Source of the DNA: Cyanophora paradoxa CCMP329
Taxonomy: Eukaryota; Plantae; Glaucophyta
Direction of reading: 5' to 3'
Length of the DNA stretch: 64,000 nt
Assembly: GCA_004431415.1 (NCBI GenBank)
Contig: QPMI01000095.1
Span: forward strand, 62,001 to 126,000
The position numbers and the translations under genes are program-made. The notes below the pieces were generated by a model. That model had not been told where the DNA came from. It ran no database searches and saw nothing but the letters and a program-made list of their open reading frames with translations. Shown here piece by piece: positions 18,574 through 29,416 of the stretch; position 1 is the first letter of the stretch, and each line of letters begins with the position of its first letter.

Positions 18574-19123
18574 GCGCCCTTATATTATATAATTAATTAA
18601 TTAGTTCCTTCGAATTTGCGATCGATCTGCATACTTCGAATTCGATCAGCATTGCTCTTTGCATATCTGTGATTATGATACATATAGCTTACGCTTGTCA
18701 GTGTTTTTGGACTTATATATGATCAGGCCACGGCCCTAGGTCTTCCCAAGTTCATTGATTGGTACCACAGGTTTCCAATTGTTAGTTTAGATCTAGATCA
18801 ATATGCGACAGTTCCTTGTTCAAGCATGAATTCGAACCTGCGCCCCTTGCTCAAACTTAGACACGCACTTCACCGTCGCCTGCTGAAAGGCTAACCCGAG
18901 TGATCATGACTCAGTGACCGACGAGTGAGCCCGGCCCCATGACAAAAAACGAATTCGACGACCGTGCTCACGCTTAAAATTACGTTCACATGTCCGCTAA
19001 CTGTTGTGCAAGGCGCGACAAATATTGGGCTCGAGAGTTATTTCGAGAGTGCGTGACGTCAGCTAATTGCGGTACGAATATTAATGTTAATTCGAACCGA
19101 TTTAGAGCTAATGAATTCCGCAG

Positions 19124-21880
19124 TCAACCTGATCGGGATCTGATCTGGAGAAACAGGCATGTTGATTCGAAAGATGGTTGAAACACATGTACATGTGCGC
19201 ATGCGTATACACTCGCTCGAGCGAGTGTATACGAGCGATTCCTGCGAGCTCCTGGAAGTCGTCGAGGCCGGCTACTTGCGGCGAGCGTAGACGCGCTGGA
19301 TCGCCTCGCGCGCCCCCGCCTCCACGCACGCCTCCTCCGCCTCCACCACCAGCTCAGCGACCTGCCGAGGGCGGGGGCTCGCGGTTGGTCGCTCACAAGA
19401 AGATATTCTACGAGACATGCGCGGCGCCGACGGGCCTCGCGATCAAGAGTCTTCACGAGATTGTCGAGCGCTTTCTTCTCTCGTTTGTCCGCCTCCGGAA
19501 TCTCCTGCAGCATCTCGAGCAGCTCGGGCTCCAAATCGCTGGCCGAGCGGAGCAGAAGCATGCGGCCGGTGAGGGCCAGCTGCTCGAGCACTCGGCAGCT
19601 GCGCATGCGCGGGGCCATATGTCAACGATCGACCTCCTTAAGCTTTGTGTTTTAGCAAACAGGCCGGGGCTCACGCGGGCGTCGCGGGCGCCAGAGAAAA
19701 GACGTCGGCAAACCACGCGAGGACCTCCGGCGCCTTCCACTTGAGCACCTGCGGAGAGGCCCGAGGGCGAGGGCGAGGCGCGTCGATATAACTTGTGTGA
19801 CGTTGACTTGCTCATTGTGGCGAGGGCGGACCGCGCTCTTGTCGAGGACAGAGGGGCCCGTTGCAGGCGCAGTTGCGCCGGTGCACGTGGCCATTGCCAT
19901 GGGGGAACACATCTGCGCGCGGTTCAAAATTTGTATCAAACGCGAGGAAGGCATCGGACTGTGAGTCATCTGCGAGGACGCACTGCGTTTAAGCTTGGAT
20001 GTGATGTAGCTGCAGGCTTAGGAGGACCGGCTGCGGGTGCCGCAGATGTGCTGTCCATCGGTGCAGCTGCAGGCTCCGGCACCTGCAGCTGCACCTGCAC
20101 CGACATCAAGGCCATTTCACGACATCGATCTCATTGCGAGGACGCACCGATACGGAATTGAAGAGAGAGCTTGTCATTTCCGCGGGCTCCGCAGCAGGTG
20201 CAGGGGTCTACGAATTTGCGTTAGACAGAATTAATATTGTGAGCCGCCGTTGCATTCGATCGATATCACCGATTGTACAGGTGAGGTCGGGGTGCGAACA
20301 GGGGGGCTGCAGCTGGCCGCGGCCGCGGCCGCCGGCCCTGGATCCGGAGCAGCTGGCAGTTCCGCAATCGCAGATCCAGCTGTTAGAGGCCCCTGCAGTT
20401 CGATAGCGAGTAAACTGTCTATGATTATAAGGTGCAGCAGCTAGCGATGCGCATGCAGGTACGTGCATATATTCGAAATTCCGGAAGGCCGGAAATAACG
20501 ATATCGATGCGCACCGAGCTTGAAACGACAACAGGTGGGCTGGTCATTGGATTGTCGGCCATTGGCACTGGGGCAGGCGCCACTTCTGAAGCCTGCACCA
20601 GGCGTGAAGGCCTAGGGGAGGCAAAGCTCGTCTGATCATCACGCGTACGCTCGGTGCGACAGCGGCGGCGGACAGCGATCGCTCCGAGTCTGCCGAGGGA
20701 TAGGCAGCTGCAGGAACTGCGCATGTGATGTTGAGTTCCGGCGCTGGGCTCGAGGGGCCGGCTGTTGACGTCGACGTCTCCAGTGCAATCGGTCCGGATC
20801 CCCGCTTTCGCTTCTGTGCCAGCTGCCGCGGCCGGCCCAATCTGCGGTCATTGCGGGTGGCCTGGCTGCAGCTGGCAGCTGCAGGCTCGAGCTCCGGTTG
20901 CGAGGAGGAACGTGCTTTGGAAACGGCGGGCTCCGAGGCCGTGTTGGAAGGGTCCATGGCGAAGGGCGTTGCTGTTTCCGGCTTGTGGCTGGAGCTGGAG
21001 CAGAGAGTTGCTTCTAGATCTGAAAGAGAATCCGAAGCACAATTAATATTGTCAATCGTATCCGCAGTTGCAACACGCGTACGGCTGCTGTTCGATGCAG
21101 TAGAAGAGCTTGTTTGCCGCCTCTTCGCAATTGTGGCCACGGCAGATGTGTAGGGGCCCGCAGCTGCAGCTGAAACGCTGTCGCTAACGCTGTTGCCACG
21201 GCCGTGGACGTTTGGAGCAGCTGCACTAGTACTGCTAGTTGCAGAACTCGTCGACGTCCTCCGCCTCTTCGTGAGGAGATCGTGGCCGGTGGGCTCATCG
21301 TCGTCGCTTGCAATTGCACCAGCTGCAGCGCTAGCTGTGGGGCGCGCGTCGGCATCTCCGGATCCATCTGCATCCGTCCCGATTGGGAGCTGCAGCCATC
21401 CATCCGCGGAGCTGTCCGCGTCCACATGTACATCCATGTGCGTATTCTGCGTTCTGCGGTTTTAACACTAGCCATGGATTTCGGCACGTTGATCTTGAAA
21501 CGTTTAACGAGAGGGCGTGCGCAGCACCTCGCCCGTGAGAGATGCATATGTAGCTCGCGATGTGGTCGTGGCGGGGGACAATGTCGACGACGGTCCCGAA
21601 AATGCAAACGCAGAAGCCACGCCGGTGTACATGTGCTGCGCACCAGCAGGTGGCTGCACACCACCGCTTCCCAAGCTGCGCCCGGATCCGGAGAAGGGTC
21701 CGATCGCTTGCTCGCCGTCTGCCCCGGCACTAGATCGCTGCTGCTCCGGATCCGCTGAGCTCGAGGGAAGCTGGTCGTGGCCCGGCTCTAGATCTAGATC
21801 TGCGATGTGCGGGACTTGTTCGTCGCCGTCGACGTCGTCCGCGAGTTGCAGCTTCAGTGAAGGCACCGGCACCACGAGTT
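19124..21880 (-). CDS. Probable low-complexity Ser/Ala/Pro-rich exons, either the C-terminal part of the multi-AP2 gene or a separate gene
   Basis: Minus-strand open segments (21504-21875, 20544-21437, 19124-19618) with plausible splice sites; no domain recognised. Confidence 0.35.
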
Positions 21881-21929
21881 AGCAGCATTTACCGCAACCG
21901 CGCAGGCGATCACGATCATGAGGGTACCT

Positions 21930-24900
21930 CGGAAACGATGAAATCGCGGGTTCGCCTGACGGCAGCAGAACGATCCTTTTTCCAATTCAGATTATTGTCG
22001 CCAACCTGATCGAAATTGAGGACGTTCATCAATCTGACATTATTTAAACTGTTCGCTTCAATCACAACCTTCGGCCGGTTCTTCTTGGGCCCGGTAAAGA
22101 GCTTCCGGCACCACATCTCTTGCGTGTATTCTGAGCAGGGTCGCTCATGATTAGCGTTGGAACGGGCCGCGTTCACGTGCAATGCGATTGGACCGGAAAG
22201 GCAAAACGGCTACCCTCGAGATCGAAATACAATCGCATCTTGTAGTCGCTCTCAACGGATTTGGGATTGAACCACACAATCAAGCAGCGGTCATAGAAGC
22301 GCTTTGCTTCATCTGATGTCATCAGTGGTGGCGATATGACTTTCACTCCTTCAAGTGTAAATGCCGCAAAATAGCGGCCAAGCTTGTCCCTTCGTATCAC
22401 GTCATCCGTCTCTCGGCCGTCTTCTGCAATCTGTACAGTTGACCGGGTAACTCAGTATCGATATCAGTTCAGCGATATTAATAGAATTAAGAATTTAACG
22501 TTAACAAACAACATTCTAGTTTGATTGATTGATTAATTGATTCTAGTTTGCAATTGCACGTGCACGTCCAACGTTAACAGACCAAGCAAGATGATCAGAT
22601 CAGCAATATCCCAATCACTTGCAATCGATTCTACAGCTAATTTGCCATATGCATATGCTTCTATGAAATATAAATAAAACGCTAAAAAATTTAAACAAAC
22701 CCGATCTTGATCATCCTTGAAAAGTTCCGCCCACCGCCTTTTGACATCTGGATCCAAACCTAGTTGCCGAATATGCATATGAAGCTTGAGATGCAGCGCC
22801 AACAGGGCATGTTGCATAGCACGCACTTGCTTCATCCAGTTGCAGATCGATATCTAGATCTTGCGCGTGCAGCTCTTGCAATTGCGGTTGCTGTCGGAAC
22901 TGAATCAAATTGGGGATCACGTACATCTCACTGGTACCGGACGCACATGCATATGTCTTTGGACCGCCCCACGGTCGTGGAGGAACTTCCGAATCGCACT
23001 GCAGTAGTCGAAGGCATCCTCGGCGGCCCTGATGTACTCTTCCAGCTTTCCAGCATGTAGGTCGACATAGAAAGACTCGTCTTCGAACTCTGCGCACGCG
23101 CAGGGCGCGGAAAATTTATTACCGGTACCCACATATATATGCATGTAAATGTACACACACGTATGCTAGTACTGAGTCCCGTCTAGCTCAGATCTAGATC
23201 TAAATATAGCAACCAATCGCAAGCATGCACCGGTTCGGTTAAAATTCAGCTCGTCGTTTTGAATGCGTTTTTCCTCGGGGATGCCTTCGCGTCCGTCCAG
23301 CCACTGACAGCAGATAATCACGCGGTCCCGGGCCCGTCCTGCTTCCTGGTTGCAAAACGTGAGCTGTCATAATGTTAATCCGCCAAGATCAAGCAAAAAG
23401 TGCAGACAGTTGGGTCGTCTGAGGATGCCGCATAAAAGTTCTTGCGGTGCCAGTGTACCCGACCGCGCCAATACAGTCGAGCAAGGGTCTGCTCAGCTCC
23501 AGACTTGCTTGAGCTCTTGACCTTCGTTTGCCAGACGCCCTTGAGACCAGACTTGCCAACCCGGCCGGGGTGCTTCTTTGGCTTTGCAAGTACCGGCTTC
23601 GGCGTGATTGATTTATTTGCAGCGGCATTGGCACTGCGCTCCCTCACAAAGCGCCGAATTTCATCGCGTTGTGCTTTCGTCGGTTTTAAGATTTCGGAAG
23701 ACGCTTCGAATTCTCCCGACGAATTTGAAGCTCTCTGTATATCATCGAGAAGCTTCCCGCCATGCGCATCCGATTGCAAATCTGCGAAGAATTTCTCTTC
23801 CGCGTACTCTGCGAGAATTGATCATCAGAATGTGTGCATACGCAAACATGCTCACCTTGGCGGGGGAAATTCAACATGGTGTCGGGAATGCGCTCGGCAG
23901 GCCATTCAGTGTGCTCGTCCACCCACTGGCAAGTCATGATTATTTTGTCTCTCATTCTGGCAGTTTCCTGCGAGTGATTGCACTCGTCGTCAATAAGCGC
24001 TCACCAGTAAGATTAAAAAATGCTCGCGATTAATCCGCACCTCGGCGTCCCGCGAGCCAGAAGTAGAAAAGTTCCTGTCACGCCATTGGAACACCCCGAT
24101 GTAATTGCTTCGACCCTTCGGAAGAGAGACTCCCTTGAGGTGCGCATGTAGAGGTGTTTCTGGGTCTAGATCTGGATTCTCGTAATCTGCGTTTCCATGC
24201 ATATGCATTTGTGATACTGGACCCGGGTTTCTCGCACCCGAGTCAGATGTGGAGTCTGAGCTGTATTCGTAATCGTGGTCGTCCGAATCTTCCGCTGGGT
24301 CGCTTTCAGAATCGTTTTCGAAGCTTACAGCTGCAGTTGTCTGCGATTTAAAATGATATAATAAGATCAGGATGCATACGGTACCGGTGGAGGTAATGTC
24401 CGAAATAAAGAAAAAGCAAAGACCTTTGGCGCTTTGGTGCTGCTCTCGCGATCGGCGCTTGCAATCGTCTGTGCGCGGATCTGCGTGCACGTCACGTGGC
24501 ACATGCAAACGATCGAATTTTACGAAGTGCGTATGACGTGAAGTTTAACAACTCTGCGACCTTCGGGCAGCTTCCAGGCATGTATCGTTCGAGGAAACCA
24601 TAAACGCGATAGCGAAGATGTGCAGCAAGCGCTGCATGATCGTTTGGGATTTCGAACTCGTCCAAGGCCTTGTAGAACTCTTCGTGCTCGTACTCTGCAG
24701 TTGCGAATATTTAATTCGATGTTGTAGATCAAGGTTCACGCGAATCACGTAGAGCGTACTTGAGCGGTTATTTCTCCAAATGTCTTCCGACAGGCGCTTC
24801 TTACACTTGGTCTTCTTGTCAATATGGTCGCAGATTATCGCAAGACGGTCCCGAATTCTGAGGGCACCCTGCGCGCAGTATACATCAGCCAAGGAAGCTT

Positions 24901-27900
24901 AAGCTGTCTGCCGTGCCGGAACAGCTTATAAATTATAATTAAGCTCAAGGCGTGCCTCCTCCGTAGCGCAATATGCCGTCGTGATCTGTTCGCGATCGAT
25001 ATCATGAGCACGAGTCATAAATGAGAAATAATTTCATCCCACACGAGCATGCGATGTAAAACGACTATATGGGGCCCGAACCTGGTCCCCGCGCCAACGG
25101 AAACTGCCCTGGAATCCGTAGGGTCGCTCTGATACCCCCGTCGCCATCTTCCGCCAGCTGCTATTCGGCAGGGCGCCACGAGCCACGAGGAAGTCTCGGA
25201 CAGCGTGCCACGGGTTCTGGCCCTCTTCAACGACCAGCTCCCCGGCGCGGATCGCCTGAACGAAGCCTTCGTCCTCGTAATCTGAACGTACGCGCGTTGC
25301 GTGAAATTAAAAGTTAACCGAAAGAGCTAGATTCCCCGGAATGAAGATGTGAATAAATATATCAACAAGATAGATAAAGCGAAAAGCACCGGAGCGCGCA
25401 GTTGGATTTGCCAGGCACGCGTTCGGAATCATTTCCTCGCTCCGAATTCCGTCGCGCTTGTCGAGCTCCTGGCACGCGACGATGCAGATGTCGTGCTGCC
25501 GCGCCACTTCGTCCTCGCTGCATTTCGTCGGGGCAGGAGTGTAGCACTGAAAGGCAAGAAGTTAAGTTATATACCGAACAGAATTTTGAACGCAAAATTG
25601 TACAAAATATATCCGTATATATAGCATCGCGAAAACCCAGACGGGATTCGAATTCGAACCTGGTTTCCGCGCCAACGGAAACGCGTTTGGGGCTTTTTGG
25701 GTCGATTGTTAAACCGCGGATGCAGACGCCACGGCCAGCTCTCTTTCGGGACGGCTCCGAAGTTCACGAGGAAGTCTCGGACAGCGTGCCACGGGTTCTG
25801 GCCGTCTTCAACGGCCAGCTCCCCGCCGCGGATCGCCTGAACGAAGCCTTTGTTCTCGTAATCTGAACATGTCGCGTGCGTAATGATTACGTACACGTCC
25901 AGAGTAATGTTAAATATAATATATATAAATACAGTATTTTTTTTTTTTTGAGAGACTACGGTGGGGCGAACCCCCCGTAGGTAGTGATATTAAAGACAAC
26001 AAAGCAATCACAAATCAAAGATACAGTAAACTAGCACAAAATATATACAGAATCAAGAGGGATCACGAGAAGGGACACGATCAGAAGAACGCAAAAGATA
26101 AGGAGAACGAGCACGAGGAGAAGGAGTAGAAGAGCTCAAGGGCGTCGATGCAGAAGTACTAGTCACACTAGAACGACGAGGAGCACGGGGACGCAGCAAA
26201 TAAGGAGAACGAGCACGAGGAACTACAGTCGAAGACGAAGATCTAGACGAAGACGACAAGACAGAGCTAACAGCAGAACTAGAAGACGTAGTCGCAGGAG
26301 GCAAAGGCGGTAGAACAGTAGGAGAGGCGAAACGTAGGACACCACTAGAGGGGAAAGTCGAAGCTGGCGGAGTGTCTAAACGGAATCGAGATTGTAGAGT
26401 TGGTAAAACAATGGACGGCTGAAGACTAATCTGAGGAACTGGGGACGACACGAGGAAAGGGGCAGAGCTCGGGTGCAGACTCGGAATCGGCAGTATAAGA
26501 GGAGGGGCGAAACGCAAGCCAGTAGTGACAGGGAAGGCAGACGATTGGGCTGAACCAGGCGGGAGAGGCAAATATAGCGAAGTAGAAGAGAGAGAAGGGT
26601 ACACACGAGGAACGTCACCATACACAAAATACTCGCTGCCAAAAACTATACGGTCTGACGGTCGCTGAAGATAAAGAGGCGGAACTGCCTGAGGGCTAAC
26701 AGTGAGAGATGGAGGAGGAAGAGGCAGAGCTAACGACAAAGGGAACGGAATCAAAGGTACAGGGAAGGCATGGAATACACGAGGAACTGGAAGGTGGAGG
26801 GGGCCAGTGCTCCTAACTAACATCGATGAAGCATCTGATGGAGGTGACGGCAAAACAACTGAGGGTAAACTAAGTTGAGGTGAAGCGAAGATTGATACAA
26901 GACTATCATGAATCAAAGGGGGCCATGCAGGAACCGGCGGGCGAGGTGGATCTGGCGGGACAGCCAGAGGGGAAGCCGAAGGTACAGGAGAGGAAAGCCG
27001 CAGGCGCCGAGACACATGGACAGGGGACGGATCGGCATCGGAAGGCAAGGTTGAATTCGACGGAGACCGGGGGCGGCGGATTCGTGAAACGGAAGGTATC
27101 AGAGAAGGACTAGGGGGGGGCAGGGAAGTACGGAGCCGCTGAGCAGGTGGCGACGGTGAGGGTGCAGGGGAGCGAATCCGTCGCAAAGTCGGAACAGGCT
27201 GACGGGGCTCGGCATATGTAGCCGCAGCTGCAGGAGCTGGAGCAAGCACTGGGGTGCCGGATCCGGAGACTGGAGGCGGGGGCGCTGGGCAGGAGGCACA
27301 GGATCTGGAGGATTCTCTGAACTAGAGGGGGTTCGAGGTCGGCGAACGCCACGGGCATTAGCAGGATGTTTATCAGCCCGAACATGACGGTCACGATCAG
27401 CAGAAGACTGAAAGTTCTTCCCACAAATAGGGCATATTAATGTGGAGGCAGAAGCGGCGCTAGCGCTAGCATCGGCAGACGAGCTCAAACGAGAACTCGA
27501 GGGAGCCGGGACCGAAGCTGTATCAGCGCTAGCAGATGGCCTCGCAATGTGCTGAACTTGAGGATTCACGCCGACGCCATTAACTGTAGCAGCAGGCCTA
27601 GGGGTAGCGACTGCAGGGGGGCCCGGGACCGCGACTGCTGGGGGGCCCGAGCGCTGTAGAGGGATAGCTCCGCGCACAGAAAAGACGCTCGCATCAAAAA
27701 TAGATTGAGGGGGGCTAGGGCGGTCACGTGACTCAGGGTTTGAACCATCGTAATCAGAGCCCTCCCCTAAATGCCGTAAACGAAGAAGCTCAATGCGCTC
27801 GACAGCAGGAGGCAACGTAATCTCGAGAATATCCAGAAAACGTTTCCACAGGTTTAGCAGAGCATTAAATACAGTAAAAAGCACCGGAGCGCTCGAACGT

Positions 27901-28218
27901 GAGGAGTTCGTCCGAGATCGTGCTGCTGGTTTTTTCGCGCTTGTCGAACTCCTGGCACGCCACGATGCAGATGTCCCGCAACCGAGCGATCTCTCTCGCG
28001 CCGAACTTTTTCGAAGCCGGGGTGTAGCGCTGTATACGCGAATGCAAGAAGCTTAAGCTTAGCAAACGATTATTCACTATAACTATGTAATATCACGTAT
28101 ATTCGAGTTTAAATAGCTCTCGAACCTGGCTCCCTCGCCAACAGAACCGGGGCTTGACTTGTTCGAACTCACGATCGTAAGAAATTGAATTCGAGCTCGA
28201 GGCGGCCGCCACGGCCAT
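21930..28218 (-). CDS. Spliced gene encoding about six tandem divergent AP2-like repeats; 3' end not resolved
   Basis: ATG at 28218. Joined exons give repeats such as GVSERPYGFQGSFRWRGDQ|ITTAYCATEE|GALRIRDRLAIIC, KGVSLPKGRSNYIGVFQWRDRNFSTSGSRDAE|ETARMRDKIIMTCQW...MLNF, and SGLKGVWQ...YWRGRVHWHRKNFYAASSDDPT|EAGRARDRVIICCQW...ELNF. Confidence 0.65.
25076..25868. repeat. Internal exon duplication in the multi-AP2 gene (25076-25288 similar to 25655-25868; 25383-25550 similar to 27879-28032)
   Basis: Near-identical DNA CACGAGGAAGTCTCGGACAGCGTGCCACGGGTTCTGGCC...GCGGATCGCCTGAACGAAGCCTT and shared splice-site context. Confidence 0.85.
25937..27865 (-). mobile_element. 5'-truncated non-LTR retrotransposon-like insertion in an intron
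   Basis: T13 at 25937-25949 is a poly(A) tail on the minus strand. An 11-bp TSD TAAATACAGTA sits at 25926-25936 and 27866-27876. There is a 3' stem-loop at 25956-25980, no introns, and strong purine/pyrimidine strand skew. Confidence 0.85.
26053..27865 (-). pseudogene. Retroelement ORF remnant: C2H2 zinc finger and long Pro/Ser-rich tail, split over two frames
   Basis: CPICGKNFQSSADRDRHVRADKH in ORF 27099-27884, which overlaps the Pro-rich ORF 26053-27249 carrying duplicated RARSPYLLR. Confidence 0.6.
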
Positions 28219-28448
28219 GGTTAGCTGGAGCTGCCGTGGTGCGAACGTTTACCTGAGTGCGGCATAAATGTGAATAAACAGGCCTCAAGGCGCACTTCGA
28301 CGGTAATTATAAGATGTTGATCACGATCGCGACCGCCTCAATCGATATCGGAGCTCCCGGCGTCTCCTGTGCATGCGCATGCATTATTATCATACATGCA
28401 TTGCCATTAGGTTGCATACGGCGTCGGTTCAATTTTAAGGTCGCGTTT

Positions 28449-28467
28449 TATATATATATATATATAT
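28449..28467. repeat. (TA)n microsatellite
   Basis: Direct observation. Confidence 0.9.
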
Positions 28468-28904
28468 GAATATCGATATTCATCGGATGCGCCGCGCGCT
28501 CCAGCAGCGCGCGGACGCATGCAGCTGGCCGTTCGCCTCACGTGCACCCGGCGACATCGACAACGTTAAACGCGGGCGCGCGCGCGCGCGCTTTGACAAT
28601 ATTATTAATCGCGCGAATCCGAAGGCGCACCGATCACGATTGAGAAGGCTCGCCGATCGCGCCCGCCTCGCGCGCGATCGGGCTCGAGCTCCCTCTTCTA
28701 CTCGGCCTGCGCATGTGCGTTTCAGGCCGCGCCCGAAAATTTAGATCCGCGCGCGATCGCTACCTTAAGCTTGACAGGACACCCGCGAAGCCTAAAAGCA
28801 GCCAGTCGTGTTTCGGGTCACGTCGAATCGGCCCCTCTCTCCGCCACACCACTAGGGAGAGACCGCGATTTTCGAACAGGGGATACCGGACTCGGCCCGC
28901 TGCG

Positions 28905-28936
<32 letters not shown>

Positions 28937-29045
28937 CTCCCCCTTAAGCGCGTTGGATATATATATAGAGGGGAAATGGAGAGGGGGGAGGGGAGAATGG
29001 GGAACGTGAGGGAGGGGGGGAGGGGGGGGGAAGACGGGGATGGGG
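28905..29045. repeat. C31 homopolymer followed by a short AT run and G-rich purine tracts
   Basis: Direct observation. Confidence 0.85.
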
Positions 29046-29416
29046 CGTTTGAATTTAATATTTTGCGTGATATCGATTTCGACTGCCGTGATTGTCGACT
29101 GCATTCACATTCGGGGCGCGGCCGGGCCCCCGGAGGGTCTTGCGCGTACGCGTTAACGTCTCAGCTGCGGGCCCACTTTGCAATGGAATTCGGCAAGCTT
29201 AAGATTTCAGTACTGAACCAATCCTTTCTTTTTCCATCATGAAGCTAGACTTCCCGGATCCCTCAAATGCAATATATACAGCGCCCTATTTTCGGGGTGA
29301 TGAGCCCTAGGCCTCGGTGCCCGGACGCGTATCCTCGTGATCGGCGTGCATGAATAGATGTACTGCAGTAGCGCGCGGCGGGCACATTCAAAAGGGCCGG
29401 GTGCCTAGTCTCGGGG

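Noticed and set aside
27866-27884. Start of ORF 27099-27884 as a true gene start
   Set aside because: It begins at the GT splice donor of the AP2-like gene and reads through the TSD into the retro-insertion, a chance fusion.
28760-29250. MITE or telomere-like element around the poly-C/poly-G tracts
   Set aside because: I could not identify terminal inverted repeats, a TSD or a regular telomeric unit.
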